Source: an uncultured Nitrospinota bacterium
GTDB taxonomy: Bacteria; Tectomicrobia; Entotheonellia; J063; CAVPRW01
Length of the DNA: 64,000 nt
Reading direction: 5' to 3'
Assembly: GCA_963707985.1 (NCBI GenBank)
Contig: CAVPRW010000035.1
Coordinates: forward strand, 32,001-96,000
Shown here: one piece after another, positions 31,820-42,570 of the stretch
How positions within the stretch are numbered: the first letter of the stretch is position 1
Layout: every line of letters begins with the position of its first letter
The notes under the pieces: generated by a model
What the model was told of the DNA's origin: nothing
The model's input: only the letters and a program-made list of their open reading frames with translations
Database searches by the model: none
Position numbers and translations under genes: made by a program

Positions 31820-32578
31820 ATGCCATTTTATACCAAGGGAGACGTTCGCATCCGCTACGAGGAAGCCGGGTCCGGCTTCCCGCTGCTGGTCACCCCCGGC
31901 GGGGGCTTGAACTCCCGCGTCAGTAATTGGGCGACCGCGGTGTTCAACGCCATGGAGGCCTTCAAGGACGAGTTCCGCTGCATCACGATGGACCAGCGCA
32001 ACGCGAACGGCGGCGAGTCCAGCGGACCGATCCCGGTCAACGACCCGTGGGGCGCCTTCGCGGAGGACCAACTCGGGCTGATGGACCACCTCGGCATCCG
32101 GGAGTTCTTCTTCATGGGCTACTGCATCGGCGGCCCGTTTGCCCTCAAGCTCATGCAGCGGGCCCCCGACCGCGTCGTGGCCGGCGTGCTCTGCCAGCCG
32201 GTGGGGCACCGGCCGGAGAACCCGGACGTCATGTACCACTCCGGCCATCATCAATGGGGCCCCGAGCTGTGCGCCCGACGGCCCGACGTGACGATGGAGA
32301 CGGTCGACGCGTACCTGCACAACCTCTACCGCGTTCAACCCGACTTTGTGTACAGCGTGTCACGCGACTTCGTGCGTGCGTGCCAGACGCCGATGCTGGT
32401 CATGCCGGACGATACGCCCGCGCACCCGTACCCGGTGGCCCGGGATATCGCGGCGCTGGCGCCGAAGGCCGAAGTGACGGTCTATCCCTGGAGAGCGCCA
32501 GAAGACCTGCTCGCCAAGACGGTCAACCAGGTGCGCGACTTTCTCCGGGCGCATCAACCTGTGACCTCCACCCACTGA
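31820..32578 (+). CDS. Alpha/beta hydrolase with Cys nucleophile
   Basis: IRYEEAGSGFPLL, MDQRN, nucleophile elbow GYCIGG. Confidence 0.85.
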   Translation: MPFYTKGDVRIRYEEAGSGFPLLVTPGGGLNSRVSNWATAVFNAMEAFKDEFRCITMDQRNANGGESSGPIPVNDPWGAFAEDQLGLMDHLGIREFFFMGYCIGGPFALKLMQRAPDRVVAGVLCQPVGHRPENPDVMYHSGHHQWGPELCARRPDVTMETVDAYLHNLYRVQPDFVYSVSRDFVRACQTPMLVMPDDTPAHPYPVARDIAALAPKAEVTVYPWRAPEDLLAKTVNQVRDFLRAHQPVTSTH

Positions 32579-32637
32579 GACGGGCGGTGAGGCGCCGCTC
32601 AATGGCGCCCCCGGACCCCTACGAGAAGGAATCCGTT

Positions 32638-33480
32638 ATGGACTCGACCCGCAAACCGGTCGCCGTCGTGATTGGGGCGACCTCCAAGTGGCAGGCCGAT
32701 GGCCGCAATACCAAACTGGCGCATGGGAAGGTGCTCGACGACAGTGACCTGCCCGTCGGCGTGCGCTGGGGCATCGGCGGCGCCATCGCCCAAAAGTTTG
32801 CCCAGGAGGGCTTCTTCGTCGTGCTGACGACCCGGCGTGCCGCCAATGCGGCGGCGCTGGAGAAGGCCATCAAAGCGCAAGGCGGCGACAGTATGATTGT
32901 CGAGCTGGACCTGGTGTCGCACGCCTCCATCTCCCATGCGTTCGCCACGATTCGCGCCACCGTGGGTGACCCGGATGTCGTGGTCTACAATGCGGGCTAT
33001 CTGGAGGGACGTGACCTGCCGCCCGAGAAAGAATTGCTGGAGCACTTCCCCGTCGACATGTTCGACACCGCGCAGCACATTGCCAGCCGTGGACCGTTCC
33101 TGGTCGCCAAGGAGGTGTTGCCCGCCATGCGCGAGCGCGGAGCAGGGACGTTTCTCATTTCGAATAACGCGGCGTCCTTGCGCGGGCGCAAGCGCCTGAC
33201 TGGCCAGTCGCTGTACTATCCGCGCGTCATGATGCGCACGCTGGCGCAGGTGCTGACGGAGGAATATTCCGAGTATGGCGTGCACGTGGCCAACGTCGTG
33301 ATCGACGGCATCATCGACTCACCCGGCACCCGTGCCCTGCCGCGCGCCCAGCAGCACCCGGAGGTGGTGATGAATCCGGTGAAGATCGCGGAGGCGTTCT
33401 ATTACCTCCACACCCAAGACAAATCCTGTTGGACGCACGAACTCCAATTGACGCCCTTTGCGACCAAGCCGAGCTTTTAG
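32638..33480 (+). CDS. Atypical short-chain dehydrogenase/reductase
   Basis: VVIGA...GIGGAIA, VVYNAG, GVHVANVVIDG; lacks canonical YxxxK. Confidence 0.82.
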   Translation: MDSTRKPVAVVIGATSKWQADGRNTKLAHGKVLDDSDLPVGVRWGIGGAIAQKFAQEGFFVVLTTRRAANAAALEKAIKAQGGDSMIVELDLVSHASISHAFATIRATVGDPDVVVYNAGYLEGRDLPPEKELLEHFPVDMFDTAQHIASRGPFLVAKEVLPAMRERGAGTFLISNNAASLRGRKRLTGQSLYYPRVMMRTLAQVLTEEYSEYGVHVANVVIDGIIDSPGTRALPRAQQHPEVVMNPVKIAEAFYYLHTQDKSCWTHELQLTPFATKPSF

Positions 33481-33744
33481 GGGCGTCCCGTTGGCCGGAC
33501 ACCTGCGGCGCCTCGCGTGCCGTCTTCCATCGTCGCGTGGGGCGCTCATGCCCCTACGCCGTGCAGGTCGGCAAGGGAGCACGGGGTCGGACCATTGCCC
33601 GTCACGGACGGTGAGGGCAGGCGACCGCCCTCGTGGTCCAGGCCTGTATCTGCTTACGGCGATGTCTGCACTCTACTAAAACCTTATAATGGGGCCCCTG
33701 TCCGCTGGAGTGCCAGTATTTCGAACTCCTCCAACAGGGACCGA

Positions 33745-34587
33745 TCAGGCTCGTGATGGCGACCAGTCGTAGACGCGCGTCAGGGACTCGCCCATGAGCC
33801 TAGCCTTATCGCTGTCGGACAGGCGGTCGGTGACGCGAAAGGCCTCGACCCCCTCCCGGTACGTCAACACCTTGACCGCGCGTGTCCAGTCGGTCCCCCA
33901 CAGGCAGCGATCTAGGCCGAACGCGTCGAAGATGCGCGCCAGCGGATCCCAGATGTCCGGGTAGGGGAACGGTTCGTGCGACAGCGTGCAGGCGCCGCTG
34001 ACTTTCACGGCCACGTTGGCGTACGCCGCCAGGGCCAGCAACTTGGGCAGGTCGGCGAATGGCTCCGCCGGGGCGGGTGGCTCCTGCGGCTGGGGCAACC
34101 CGAGATGGTCGATCACCAACTGGGTATCGGAATGGCGCTCTGCCATCTTGGCAGCCTGCTCCAGCCGCCCCGTGCACATCAGATTCACCGGCAGGCCATG
34201 TTGCGCAGCAGCGGTCAGCACCCGATGGATGCCGGGATCGGCCGGGTCGGTCGACACGCCACGATTCAGCATGAGCCGGATGCCGACTGTCCCCGGGGTG
34301 GCGGCCCAGTCGGCGATCGTTTCGGCGACCCCCGGATCCGTCGGGTCGACTGGCTTGACCAGGCCGAACCGACCGGGATGCTGTTGGTGGACTTCGAGCG
34401 CATAGCTGGCGTCGTAGCGGTACATCGTAAATGGCGAGACCAGTATCGCGCCGTCGACATCGACGGCGTCCATCGCGGCCACCATGTCGTCGCCCGTGAC
34501 CTCCGCCGGGCCGGTCAGGACGCCGGCCCAGGGACGACCCGGATGATCGCGTTCATAGGCGTGAACCTGCGCATCAATGATCACCAT
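33745..34587 (-). CDS. Amidohydrolase_2 family protein
   Basis: IIDAQVH, VIDHLG, NVAVKVSG, RCLWGTDW. Confidence 0.9.
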   Translation of the reverse strand: MVIIDAQVHAYERDHPGRPWAGVLTGPAEVTGDDMVAAMDAVDVDGAILVSPFTMYRYDASYALEVHQQHPGRFGLVKPVDPTDPGVAETIADWAATPGTVGIRLMLNRGVSTDPADPGIHRVLTAAAQHGLPVNLMCTGRLEQAAKMAERHSDTQLVIDHLGLPQPQEPPAPAEPFADLPKLLALAAYANVAVKVSGACTLSHEPFPYPDIWDPLARIFDAFGLDRCLWGTDWTRAVKVLTYREGVEAFRVTDRLSDSDKARLMGESLTRVYDWSPSRA

Positions 34588-35047
34588 AACTGAACCTCCC
34601 ACGAGTAGAGATGCGATGACGCGGCTGGTCAGCCACACGTGGTAGCCTCAGCTCCACACGACATCACGTGGTCCATGCCGCACAGAGGAGACCAGCCATG
34701 CCCTATGTTCGCACCGATGGGCCCAAAAAGCAAAGTCAGATGTGTCACTTGACTGCGGCAGGCGGGCTCCAACCTCAGCGCATACCCACGCCCCGGGAGC
34801 AGGGCGCGGTGGTCTGTGCCAAGCGCCCCACAGCCCGCATCTCGGAGTGATCTGATGGATCGTGCGAAGCAAGGGCGCGGCCGGCAGCCCGGCGGCGCAC
34901 GACGTTCTCTGCTACTGGACAGGCGTCGCCGTATGGGGTAGAGTAGCGCCGCAGGGATAGGGGCAGGGGATCTCGACCTCCCTGAGCACGACGAACGGTG
35001 CGCAGCGGGGGGTTGCGACAGTCAGACGCGATTCGAGAGGGGAGCCA

Positions 35048-36267
35048 ATGCAAAAGATTGCCGAAGAGACGCGCTTACCGGTCGATATTGACGCGCAACC
35101 CCTGGTGCAGGCTGCGGCCGCCCTGCGGCCGGTGATCCGCAATTATCATGAGGAGATCGAACGCGACCAGCGCCTGCCAAAAGCCTTGGTCGAGCAGTTG
35201 CACGCCACTGGCTTCTACCGTCTGCTGATCCCGCGCGAGCTAGGCGGCCTGCAGGCCGACCCGCTGACCTACCTGCGCGTCGTGGAGCTCTTGTCCGAGG
35301 GCGCCGGCTCGGTCGGCTGGAACCTGGCCAACAACAGCATCGGCCAACTCATCACGCTCGGTTTGCCGGACGAGGGCGTCCACGAGATCTACGCGCACGG
35401 GGCCGACACCGTCATCGCCGGCACCGCCGTGCAGGGGGGCGGGCAGGCGGTGCCGGTCACTGGTGGATACCGCGTCAGCGGTCGCTGGCGCTTTGGCAGC
35501 GGTTGTCAGGAGAGCTCCTGGATGCTGGGGAGCTTCCAGATTCTCGACGACGGCCAGCCACGCCGCAACCCAGACGGCACCTCGGTCCACTGGCGTGGGG
35601 TCTTCCCGCGAGCGGAAGCGCAGGTCGTCGAGGGGAGCTGGGACGTGTCCGGGCTGCGCGGGACCGGCAGCTTCGACTGGACGGTCGAGGACGTCTTCCT
35701 GCCGGAGCGGCGGACGATGGCCCACGCTGGCGCTCCGCTGGACAACCAATGGAAGCGCTGGCCGGGGGTCACCTATGCTTTGCCGGCCCAGGCCTGGGTT
35801 GGGCCCCACCACAGCGCCGTGATCACCGGCATCGCGCGGGCCGGCATCGACGCACTGATCCAGCTAGCCGGCGGGAAGACACCACGTGGCCGGACCGGGT
35901 TGCTGTGCGAGAATCCCCAGGTCCAGGACGCCGTTGGTCGGGCCGACGCGACGCTGAATGCCGGGCGCGTCTACCGCAGCGCCATGATCGCCGAGCTCTG
36001 GAGCACGGTCGCGGCCGGCAAGGAGACCACCCTCGAGCAACGGGCCCGCTGCCGGTTGGCCGCCGTCTATGCCGCCGACAATGCTCGCGAGGCGATGGAC
36101 CTGATGTACCGGCACGGTGGCAGCACGTCGTTCCAGCGCGAGAGCCGCCTGGCCGAGTGCTGGCGCGACCTGCACGTCGTCGGCCAGACGGTCACGATCG
36201 CGCCGGAGTGGTACCCCATCGGCGGCCGGGTGTACCTCGGGATGGACCGGGCCCGCGTCTGCGCTAA
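35048..36267 (+). CDS. Acyl-CoA dehydrogenase-fold flavin-dependent monooxygenase (HsaA-like); frameshift in the last codons
   Basis: IPRELGG, GYRVSGRWRFGSGC, WDVSGLRGTGS, CWRDLH; likely true stop at 36267. Confidence 0.85.
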
Positions 36268-36307
36268 CCACAACGGCATGGAGCGGTCGACGGCCGGGCG
36301 GCCGAGT

Positions 36308-36638
36308 TCAATCTTGAGCACCACCACCGCTTGTATCACCGGGCCAGGTCTTGATGGGTGTGGCCGCGGCCAGAGGTGTCTTCCATAAGCCTGGCATCGC
36401 CGGGCCGGAAAATCTGCTTGCTCCCGTCGCTTACGCCGATCTCCACTTCGCCCCTCAAGTGGATAATCAGTCGTCGCTCTGTCAGCGGGTGGAAGTCCAT
36501 GGTCCGTAGCTCGGAAAACTCGTGTATCCCGACCTGCGCGACATGCATCAAGGCGCCCAACTCGGCGTGTTTCTCCAAATGTACTTCTTCAATATGGCTT
36601 TCGCCATCCGCCCCGGCATAAATACGGTAGATGCTCAT
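36308..36638 (-). CDS. Small cupin-like hypothetical protein (C-terminal frameshift)
   Basis: RIYAGADGESH, GEVEIGVSDG...FRPGD...EDTSGRGH. Confidence 0.7.
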
Positions 36639-36680
36639 ACATCCTCTCTGCGAGTGTTTTTCGTCAGGCAACCTCAGCCT

Positions 36681-38805
36681 CTAGACCTGGTGCAGAGCCT
36701 CGTAGACTCTCTCGGCTGTGATAGGAAGCTCGAACAGCTGACAACCGACGGCGTCGGCGACGGCATTCGCGATGGCGGCTGCCGTAGCGTTGTTTGCCAA
36801 TTCCCCAATGGCCTTTGCCTGATACGGTCCCTCCCCGCCGCTGGTCTGCACGAGGACCGTCTCGAGGGGTGGGATGTCCGCGATCGTCGGAAGTTTGTAT
36901 TCTCCTAAATGGCCGTTCAGGATCTGGCCGCCCTCGGACACCAACTCCTCCGTCACCGCCAGGCCGAGACCCGTCACAAATCCTCCGTCGATCTGGCCCT
37001 GATGCGCCAGCGGGTTGATGACGGTCCCCACATCATGGGCGGTGACCACCTTGATGCACCTTGACCTGACCGGTCTCCCGGTCCACTTCTACCTCAGCGA
37101 CTTGCGCGCTGAAATACATGACGTCTTCTGGCTGAGGGGCATCGTGCTCGACGGTAATGGTCAGGGGAAGGTTGGCGCCGTCTTGAATCGCCTGCCGCAT
37201 TTGCGCACACGCCTTCATCACCGCGTGACCTTCCGTGTAGGTGACTCTGCTGGCCCGCGGACCTTCGTCGAAGGGCGTGCTGTCGGTGTCGCCCTGACTC
37301 ACCCGTACCCAGGATAGCGGGACGTCCATCTCGGTGGCCACGATCTGCTGCTCAATGGTGTGGGTACCCGTGCCGACATCCACCGTAGGACTGAGGACGG
37401 TGAAGGTGCCATCAGCCTCTGCGGTTAACACGGCCCCGGCAACGCCGCCCCCTATCTGACGGCCGAAGATCGCGACGCCCTTGCCACGGCCTGGCCCGGC
37501 CTTGGGCTCTCCCCAGTGGCCTGCTTCCAGAGCGGCTTCCAACACCTGCCGGACATCCGCCACACGTAGGGGCCGGCCCACGGCATCCTCCTCGCCCGGA
37601 CCGACAAGGTTCATCCGCCTGAATGCAGCCGGGTCCATCCCCAGTTCCCTGGCCAGTAGGTCGGTATGGCACTCGAGGGCAAAGGTATATTGGTGCGCCC
37701 CAGGGGCTCGAAAGTACCCTCCTGGCGTGGTATTGGTATACACCTGGAGAAATTCGAAGGACGTGTTGGGAACTTTGTAGCCCCCGCCAACGTAGTGGGA
37801 TGTGGAGAGAAATGATCTGGGCTTCATGGCTCCATAGGCTCCACTGGCGTGGACCGTTCGCACCTCGCGAGCGGTCAGACGCCCGTCGCGGGTCACTCCG
37901 GAACGAATCGTCACGACGGTAGGATGCGTGGGATTGCTGGCGGTGAGTTCTTCCCCATAGCTCAGCACGATCTTGACCGGACGCTGGGCCATCTTCGCCA
38001 GGAGGTAGGCGACGGGCAGGTCACGCGCGTCTCCCTTGCCCCCGAAATCGCCCCCTACCGAGACGACGTTCACCCGGATTTGCTGATCCCGTAGCCCCAG
38101 CGCTTGCGCCAGCTGCAAACGCGCCCGGAATGGGGCTTTGCTGGAACACCAGGCCTGGATCCGGCCGTCATTGTCGATAGATAGAACGCTGGTAAAGGGC
38201 TCCAGGTAGCCCTGGTGACGACTGGGGACAGAAAACGAGTGCTCCAGAATGACATCGGCCTGGCGAAAGCCCTCAACCACATCGCCTTTCGCCCAAGTCA
38301 GGCGCGTTTGACCGTTGTGCACGTCCTTCGCGAGCACGTCGAGAGGCGCTCCGGCGTACGACGCGACATCGTCATGGAGCAGAGGGGCTTCCGGTCGCAT
38401 GGCTTCCATGGGGTCGAAGACCGCCGGCAGCACTTCGTAGTCGACGTCGATGCGCAAGAGCGCTTCTTCGGCGGCTTCGGGCGTCTCCGCCGCGACCGCG
38501 GCGACCCGGTCGCCGATGTAACGCACCCGGTCCCAGCACAGCACAGGCATGTCCCGAAGGACCTTCCCCATGAGATGACCAGGGGCGTCCTGTCCGGTCA
38601 CCACGGCCTTGACGCCGGGGACACTCCAGGCTGCGGAGGCATCAATGCGACGGATGCGAGCGTGGGGATGAGGACTGCGCAGAATCTTGCCCCAAAGCAT
38701 GCCCGGTATATCCACGTCGGCGGCGAAGCGCGTGCGTCCGGTGACTTTCTCCGGCCCGTGAATTTGGGAGACAGGGGCCCCTATAAGTGTTGCCTGCATG
38801 TCCAT
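36681..38805 (-). CDS. Xanthine dehydrogenase-family molybdopterin-binding subunit (frameshift near 37050)
   Basis: KVTG, ILRSPHPHARI, VGGDFGGKG, FRAPG, AHDVGTVINP...GQIDGG, AKAIGE, LPITAERV. Confidence 0.92.
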
Positions 38806-38929
38806 CTGACCATTCCTTTGGTTTGACCCCGCTCATCCTCACACAGGGCGCCGATGGCTCTAGCATCCCGTATGGTCAAATGACTCAAACCTGTTCTTAC
38901 AGCAGAAATGATGACCAAGGCTGCCTCGG

Positions 38930-39210
38930 TCTCTGTACGCTTCCACTTTCCATGAGATGCCCAATGCCGCTAACAGACAGGGAATGTTGACCAGGTTAGG
39001 ATGACTCATCTGCAACCGAGCCACCGTGGTACACCCGTGGGTGGAGATTCCTACGATTGCAAACGAGCGGCGCACAGACCACTACAAATGCTCTTCCCAC
39101 CGCTGAGTTCTGGGATTGAACGGCGCTCCCCGCTGACCTGACACGGGATCTTCCCCATCACTATACGCCCATTGGTGGGCATTGCAATGCAGGCACGCCA
39201 ACGCCACGTT
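38930..39210 (-). pseudogene. HNH endonuclease remnant
   Basis: NVALACLHCNAH...FNPRTQRWEEH, then a stop, then AIVGISTHGCTTVARLQM; typical C-terminal half of small HNH proteins, N-terminus absent. Confidence 0.6.
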
Positions 39211-39224
39211 CACCATCCCCGTCC

Positions 39225-39365
39225 GGCCACCTCGCGCACATCTGGGTGATGACCCGATGCTGTCCGAGGACATCTCCCTTGGTGACCCCCTCGAACTGGC
39301 GTTTGTGGAGCGTGTGCATGGCTTCATAGCCCTGCATCGTCCGCATCATGCCGTTCGCCCGGCTG
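39225..39365 (-). mobile_element. IS6-family transposase C-terminal fragment
   Basis: RTMQGYEAMHTLHKRQFEGVTKGDVLGQ matches the IS6 C-terminal pattern (GxEAMxMxxKGQ). Confidence 0.6.
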
Positions 39366-39511
39366 ATGGCGGATGGCACCGCCGCATGACCCGATGGGAC
39401 TTCGCCATCAGTATTAGTTGTGCGGACAATAGTTGTGATATGATGGAACTGTCGACTCCTGTCCCAAGGTACGACAACACTCTTCACGCATCCTCACATG
39501 GAGGTGCACTC

Positions 39512-40528
39512 ATGCCGATTGGCGGCCCTGACTGGCTCGCGTTAACGCCCGAACCGACCTTGGAGCCCGAGCTCCCCATCTGCGACCCGCATCACCACCT
39601 GTGGGAATTTCGACCTGAACCCGTGTCCTACCAACGGTACCTGCTGTCTGACCTCGCAGCGGATATTCATAGTGGGCACCACGTACGTTCGACAGTATTT
39701 ATCGAGGTCAAAGCGCGGTACCGGGCGGACGGACCGGAGGAGATGCGTCCAGTAGGGGAAGTCGAATTTGTCGAGGCGCTGGCGGCGGAAAGCGCCCGTG
39801 GGACATATGGTCGGGCCCAGGTGGCCGCCGCCATTATTGGCTATGCCGATTTGAAACGGGGCGAGCGGGTGGCTCCAGTGCTGGAAGCGATGCAGGAGGC
39901 CAGCCCCGCTCGGTTCCGTGGCATCCGGCATTCGGTCGGGTGGGATCCGAGCCCAGAGCTGGTGAACCGGGACATCGAAGGTGTGCTGTCCAGCGACCAG
40001 TACCGAGCAGGCGCCCGGGTGTTGGCGGGCATGGGACTGTGCCTGGAGACGTCGCTGTACCACCCCCAGTTGGCAGAGTTGGCCACGTTCGCCAGGGCAG
40101 TGCCCGATCTCACCATCATCTTGAACCATATTGGTGGCCTGGTTCGGATCGGCTCATACGCCAACCGGGACGACGATGTGCTGCCCGCATGGCGGAGGGG
40201 CATTGCGGCCGTGGCGGCATGTCCCAATGTCTTCATCAAGCTCGGCGGTGTCGGACAGCACCGCTTCGGCTTCGACTGGCATGCCCGCGCACAGCCGATC
40301 GGCTCGGAGGAGCTCGCTGCGGCGCTGGCCCCCTTGATGCAGTATTGTATCGAGCAGTTCGGCCCCGACCGATGCATGTTCGAAAGCAATTTCCCGGTCG
40401 ACAAGGTCTCGTACTCCTACAATGTCGTCTACAATGCCTTCAAACGGCTGTCCAAAGGCTACTTGGCTGCCGAGCGCGCCGCCCTGTTCCATGACACCGC
40501 CGCCCGTGTCTACCGGATTGACCTCTAA
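39512..40528 (+). CDS. Amidohydrolase_2 family protein
   Basis: PICDPHHHLW, RFRGIRH, IILNHIGG, RCMFESNFPVDK. Confidence 0.92.
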   Translation: MPIGGPDWLALTPEPTLEPELPICDPHHHLWEFRPEPVSYQRYLLSDLAADIHSGHHVRSTVFIEVKARYRADGPEEMRPVGEVEFVEALAAESARGTYGRAQVAAAIIGYADLKRGERVAPVLEAMQEASPARFRGIRHSVGWDPSPELVNRDIEGVLSSDQYRAGARVLAGMGLCLETSLYHPQLAELATFARAVPDLTIILNHIGGLVRIGSYANRDDDVLPAWRRGIAAVAACPNVFIKLGGVGQHRFGFDWHARAQPIGSEELAAALAPLMQYCIEQFGPDRCMFESNFPVDKVSYSYNVVYNAFKRLSKGYLAAERAALFHDTAARVYRIDL

Positions 40529-40559
40529 CCCTCCACGCGCGGCACGGTCGTGACGTCCA

Positions 40560-41100
40560 TCGGCCTTGCCAAATTCACGAGGGGGTCGCTGATTCTTCTT
40601 GGTCAACATGTGCTTGATCATCTTCGCTTCATGGTTGGCGTTGGGCATCCGCTGGCATCTCCTGACCATTGGTCGCCGGCGCGACGTCAGGCTGAACGCG
40701 CCATGGCCGTATATCTAGCCGTCTGCCAGGGATTTTCCTCGAGTTGCCTCTCGGTCCAGCCCCAGCTGAGCCACGCTCAAGACGACCAACGAAGACACCA
40801 CCTTATGTGATCTGTCTGGACCTAGTGCTCCTCATGCTCCTCAATGATGCCCTCTGGCCGCAGCGACGGGCGACGCGATGGATGAAGAGACGGCGTGAGC
40901 TGAGCCTCCTCACACTCGTGCGGCACTTTCAGGCGTGAGCCGAGCGGTGGAGGCCGGCTCTCTTGCAGTCGGAGATCGAGTTGCGCCGCTTGCTCCAACG
41001 CGCCTGTGCCACGGCAGAACGGTTGGTGCTCAACGCCTCGAGAAAACGATGGACCACGGCACAACGCCTGCGTGAGAGTTTGACCAAACCAAACGAAGCG
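40560..41100 (+). pseudogene. Degenerate ORF, possibly a transposase C-terminal remnant
   Basis: Protein-like stretch with in-frame stop (RELSLLTLVRHFQA*AERW...RKRWTTAQRL) resembling IS4-type C-termini; not certain. Confidence 0.35.
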
Positions 41101-41590
41101 GTCGCATTCATGGACGCTGTCAACGCTTAGCTTCATGCCTATGCCCTCAATGGCCGATGTCTTGGGAAGATTGGCGGCCGTAGCCAAGGTCTTCCGCTGA
41201 TCTGTGGCCTCATCAATCCACGCATGGCCGATCAATGCTCGCATGCGTTGGTCTGCCAGGATGCGTGATCGTCAGGGACGCGAGACGAGGGAAGGCAGCG
41301 TGGGCATGTTTTCAGTTGATCATGAGCCACGCCTCATGGCTGCGGTACCGCTCGCCGATGGCCACGATGAGGGCCGCTGCCTCAACAGTCCGCACGATCA
41401 TAACCCCATGGAGAGCCGGTGCGACACACCCACACGCGTCTGCGGGGCGTCGATCCGGCGCTCGATTAGGTATCGTACGCTCCTACCATCAGCTGTGTGA
41501 TCCTCGCCCGCATCACCCTCTACGAACGCGACCGTGTACTCGATCGACCGACATGAGCTCACCACGCGGCCCGTGCCCACCTGTATCCCA

Positions 41591-41640
41591 CAATAATCAT
41601 TTATTATGATATAATATTATCAATAATAATTTTATATGAT
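41591..41640. promoter_or_regulatory. AT-rich Fur/PerR-like operator region
   Basis: Repeated ATAAT/ATTAT units and an imperfect palindrome TGATATAATATTATCA in otherwise GC-rich DNA. Confidence 0.45.
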
Positions 41641-41665
41641 CATCACTGAGAGAGGAGCGTGGAGT

Positions 41666-42175
41666 ATGCGCGCATCGATGCCAAGGACCTCAGGCTCGTG
41701 GACACGTCAGCCGCTTGGGACCCTGTGGAAAATGGGGGGGCTCGCCGGTGACTATTGGGCTCCGCCCCAGATGACGCTCGTGCCGGCCTCGACACAGTTT
41801 GGCCGACTGGAACATGATTACGGGCCGCTCGCCTTGCTCTTGACCGTGTCGTTCCGCAACGACAGCGCACGGCCTATTTGGCTCCATTCGATAGCCATTA
41901 AAGATGCCGGCACCTGGTACCAGCCCATGCCATTCCTGGGCGATCGGGTGCACCTCCTCTCCCCCCAGCATCAGCATGACCTGCCGCTGCCGCGGACCCA
42001 GAGTCTCCTGACGGCCCCTTACATTCCGGCCTCGGCCGTCGCCGAACGCTTTGCGCTCTTCCGCCTGCCGGAACGCTGGGACCGCTGGCCCACGCACCTG
42101 CAGGTCACCGCCAAGGCCACCTTTGTGCGCCGGCGGGCCAGACGCCTGGTCGTGACCCTGACCAATCCCACCTGA
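41666..42175 (+). CDS. Hypothetical protein (beta-rich)
   Basis: Open frame with RBS (GAGGAG/GGAG) and coding-like GC3; no family recognised. Confidence 0.55.
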   Translation: MRASMPRTSGSWTRQPLGTLWKMGGLAGDYWAPPQMTLVPASTQFGRLEHDYGPLALLLTVSFRNDSARPIWLHSIAIKDAGTWYQPMPFLGDRVHLLSPQHQHDLPLPRTQSLLTAPYIPASAVAERFALFRLPERWDRWPTHLQVTAKATFVRRRARRLVVTLTNPT

Positions 42176-42413
42176 TCGCGCACGACCAGACACGTCTCCT
42201 CCCTTCTCACCCACCCCGCCGATCGAGGAGATGAGACCTGGGCGTGTGAGGGACGATCAGGCATCCCCGTCACGGTCATGACCGATGAGACCGGCACGGA
42301 AGGTGCTTCGTCAAGGGCATACGAGACAGGCAGGCGGTGAGATGGGCTACAGACAGGTCCTCCGCAGCAGACGCATGAGAGGGTCAAGCGGTCGATCCGC
42401 TGTTAATAGGGGG

Positions 42414-42442
42414 TTGACAGCGCGTGGGGGTCTCAGTACAGT
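42414..42442 (+). promoter_or_regulatory. Sigma70 promoter of the DAC gene
   Basis: TTGACA-17-TACAGT. Confidence 0.6.
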
Positions 42443-42570
42443 TTTTATCAGCACGTGAGGTGATGGCGCTTCGTACCACGATCGAAGCCACCTTCAGTCT
42501 CACAGCGGTGGTTGCCTTCACCGCCGTCCCCCCGTGAGGCTCAACATCAGATGAGGGGGGAGCTACCACG

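Noticed and set aside
42455..42500. Fluoride riboswitch-like start (GGTGATGG) in the DAC leader
   Set aside because: The downstream conserved AACCGC and GCTGATGAC elements are missing.
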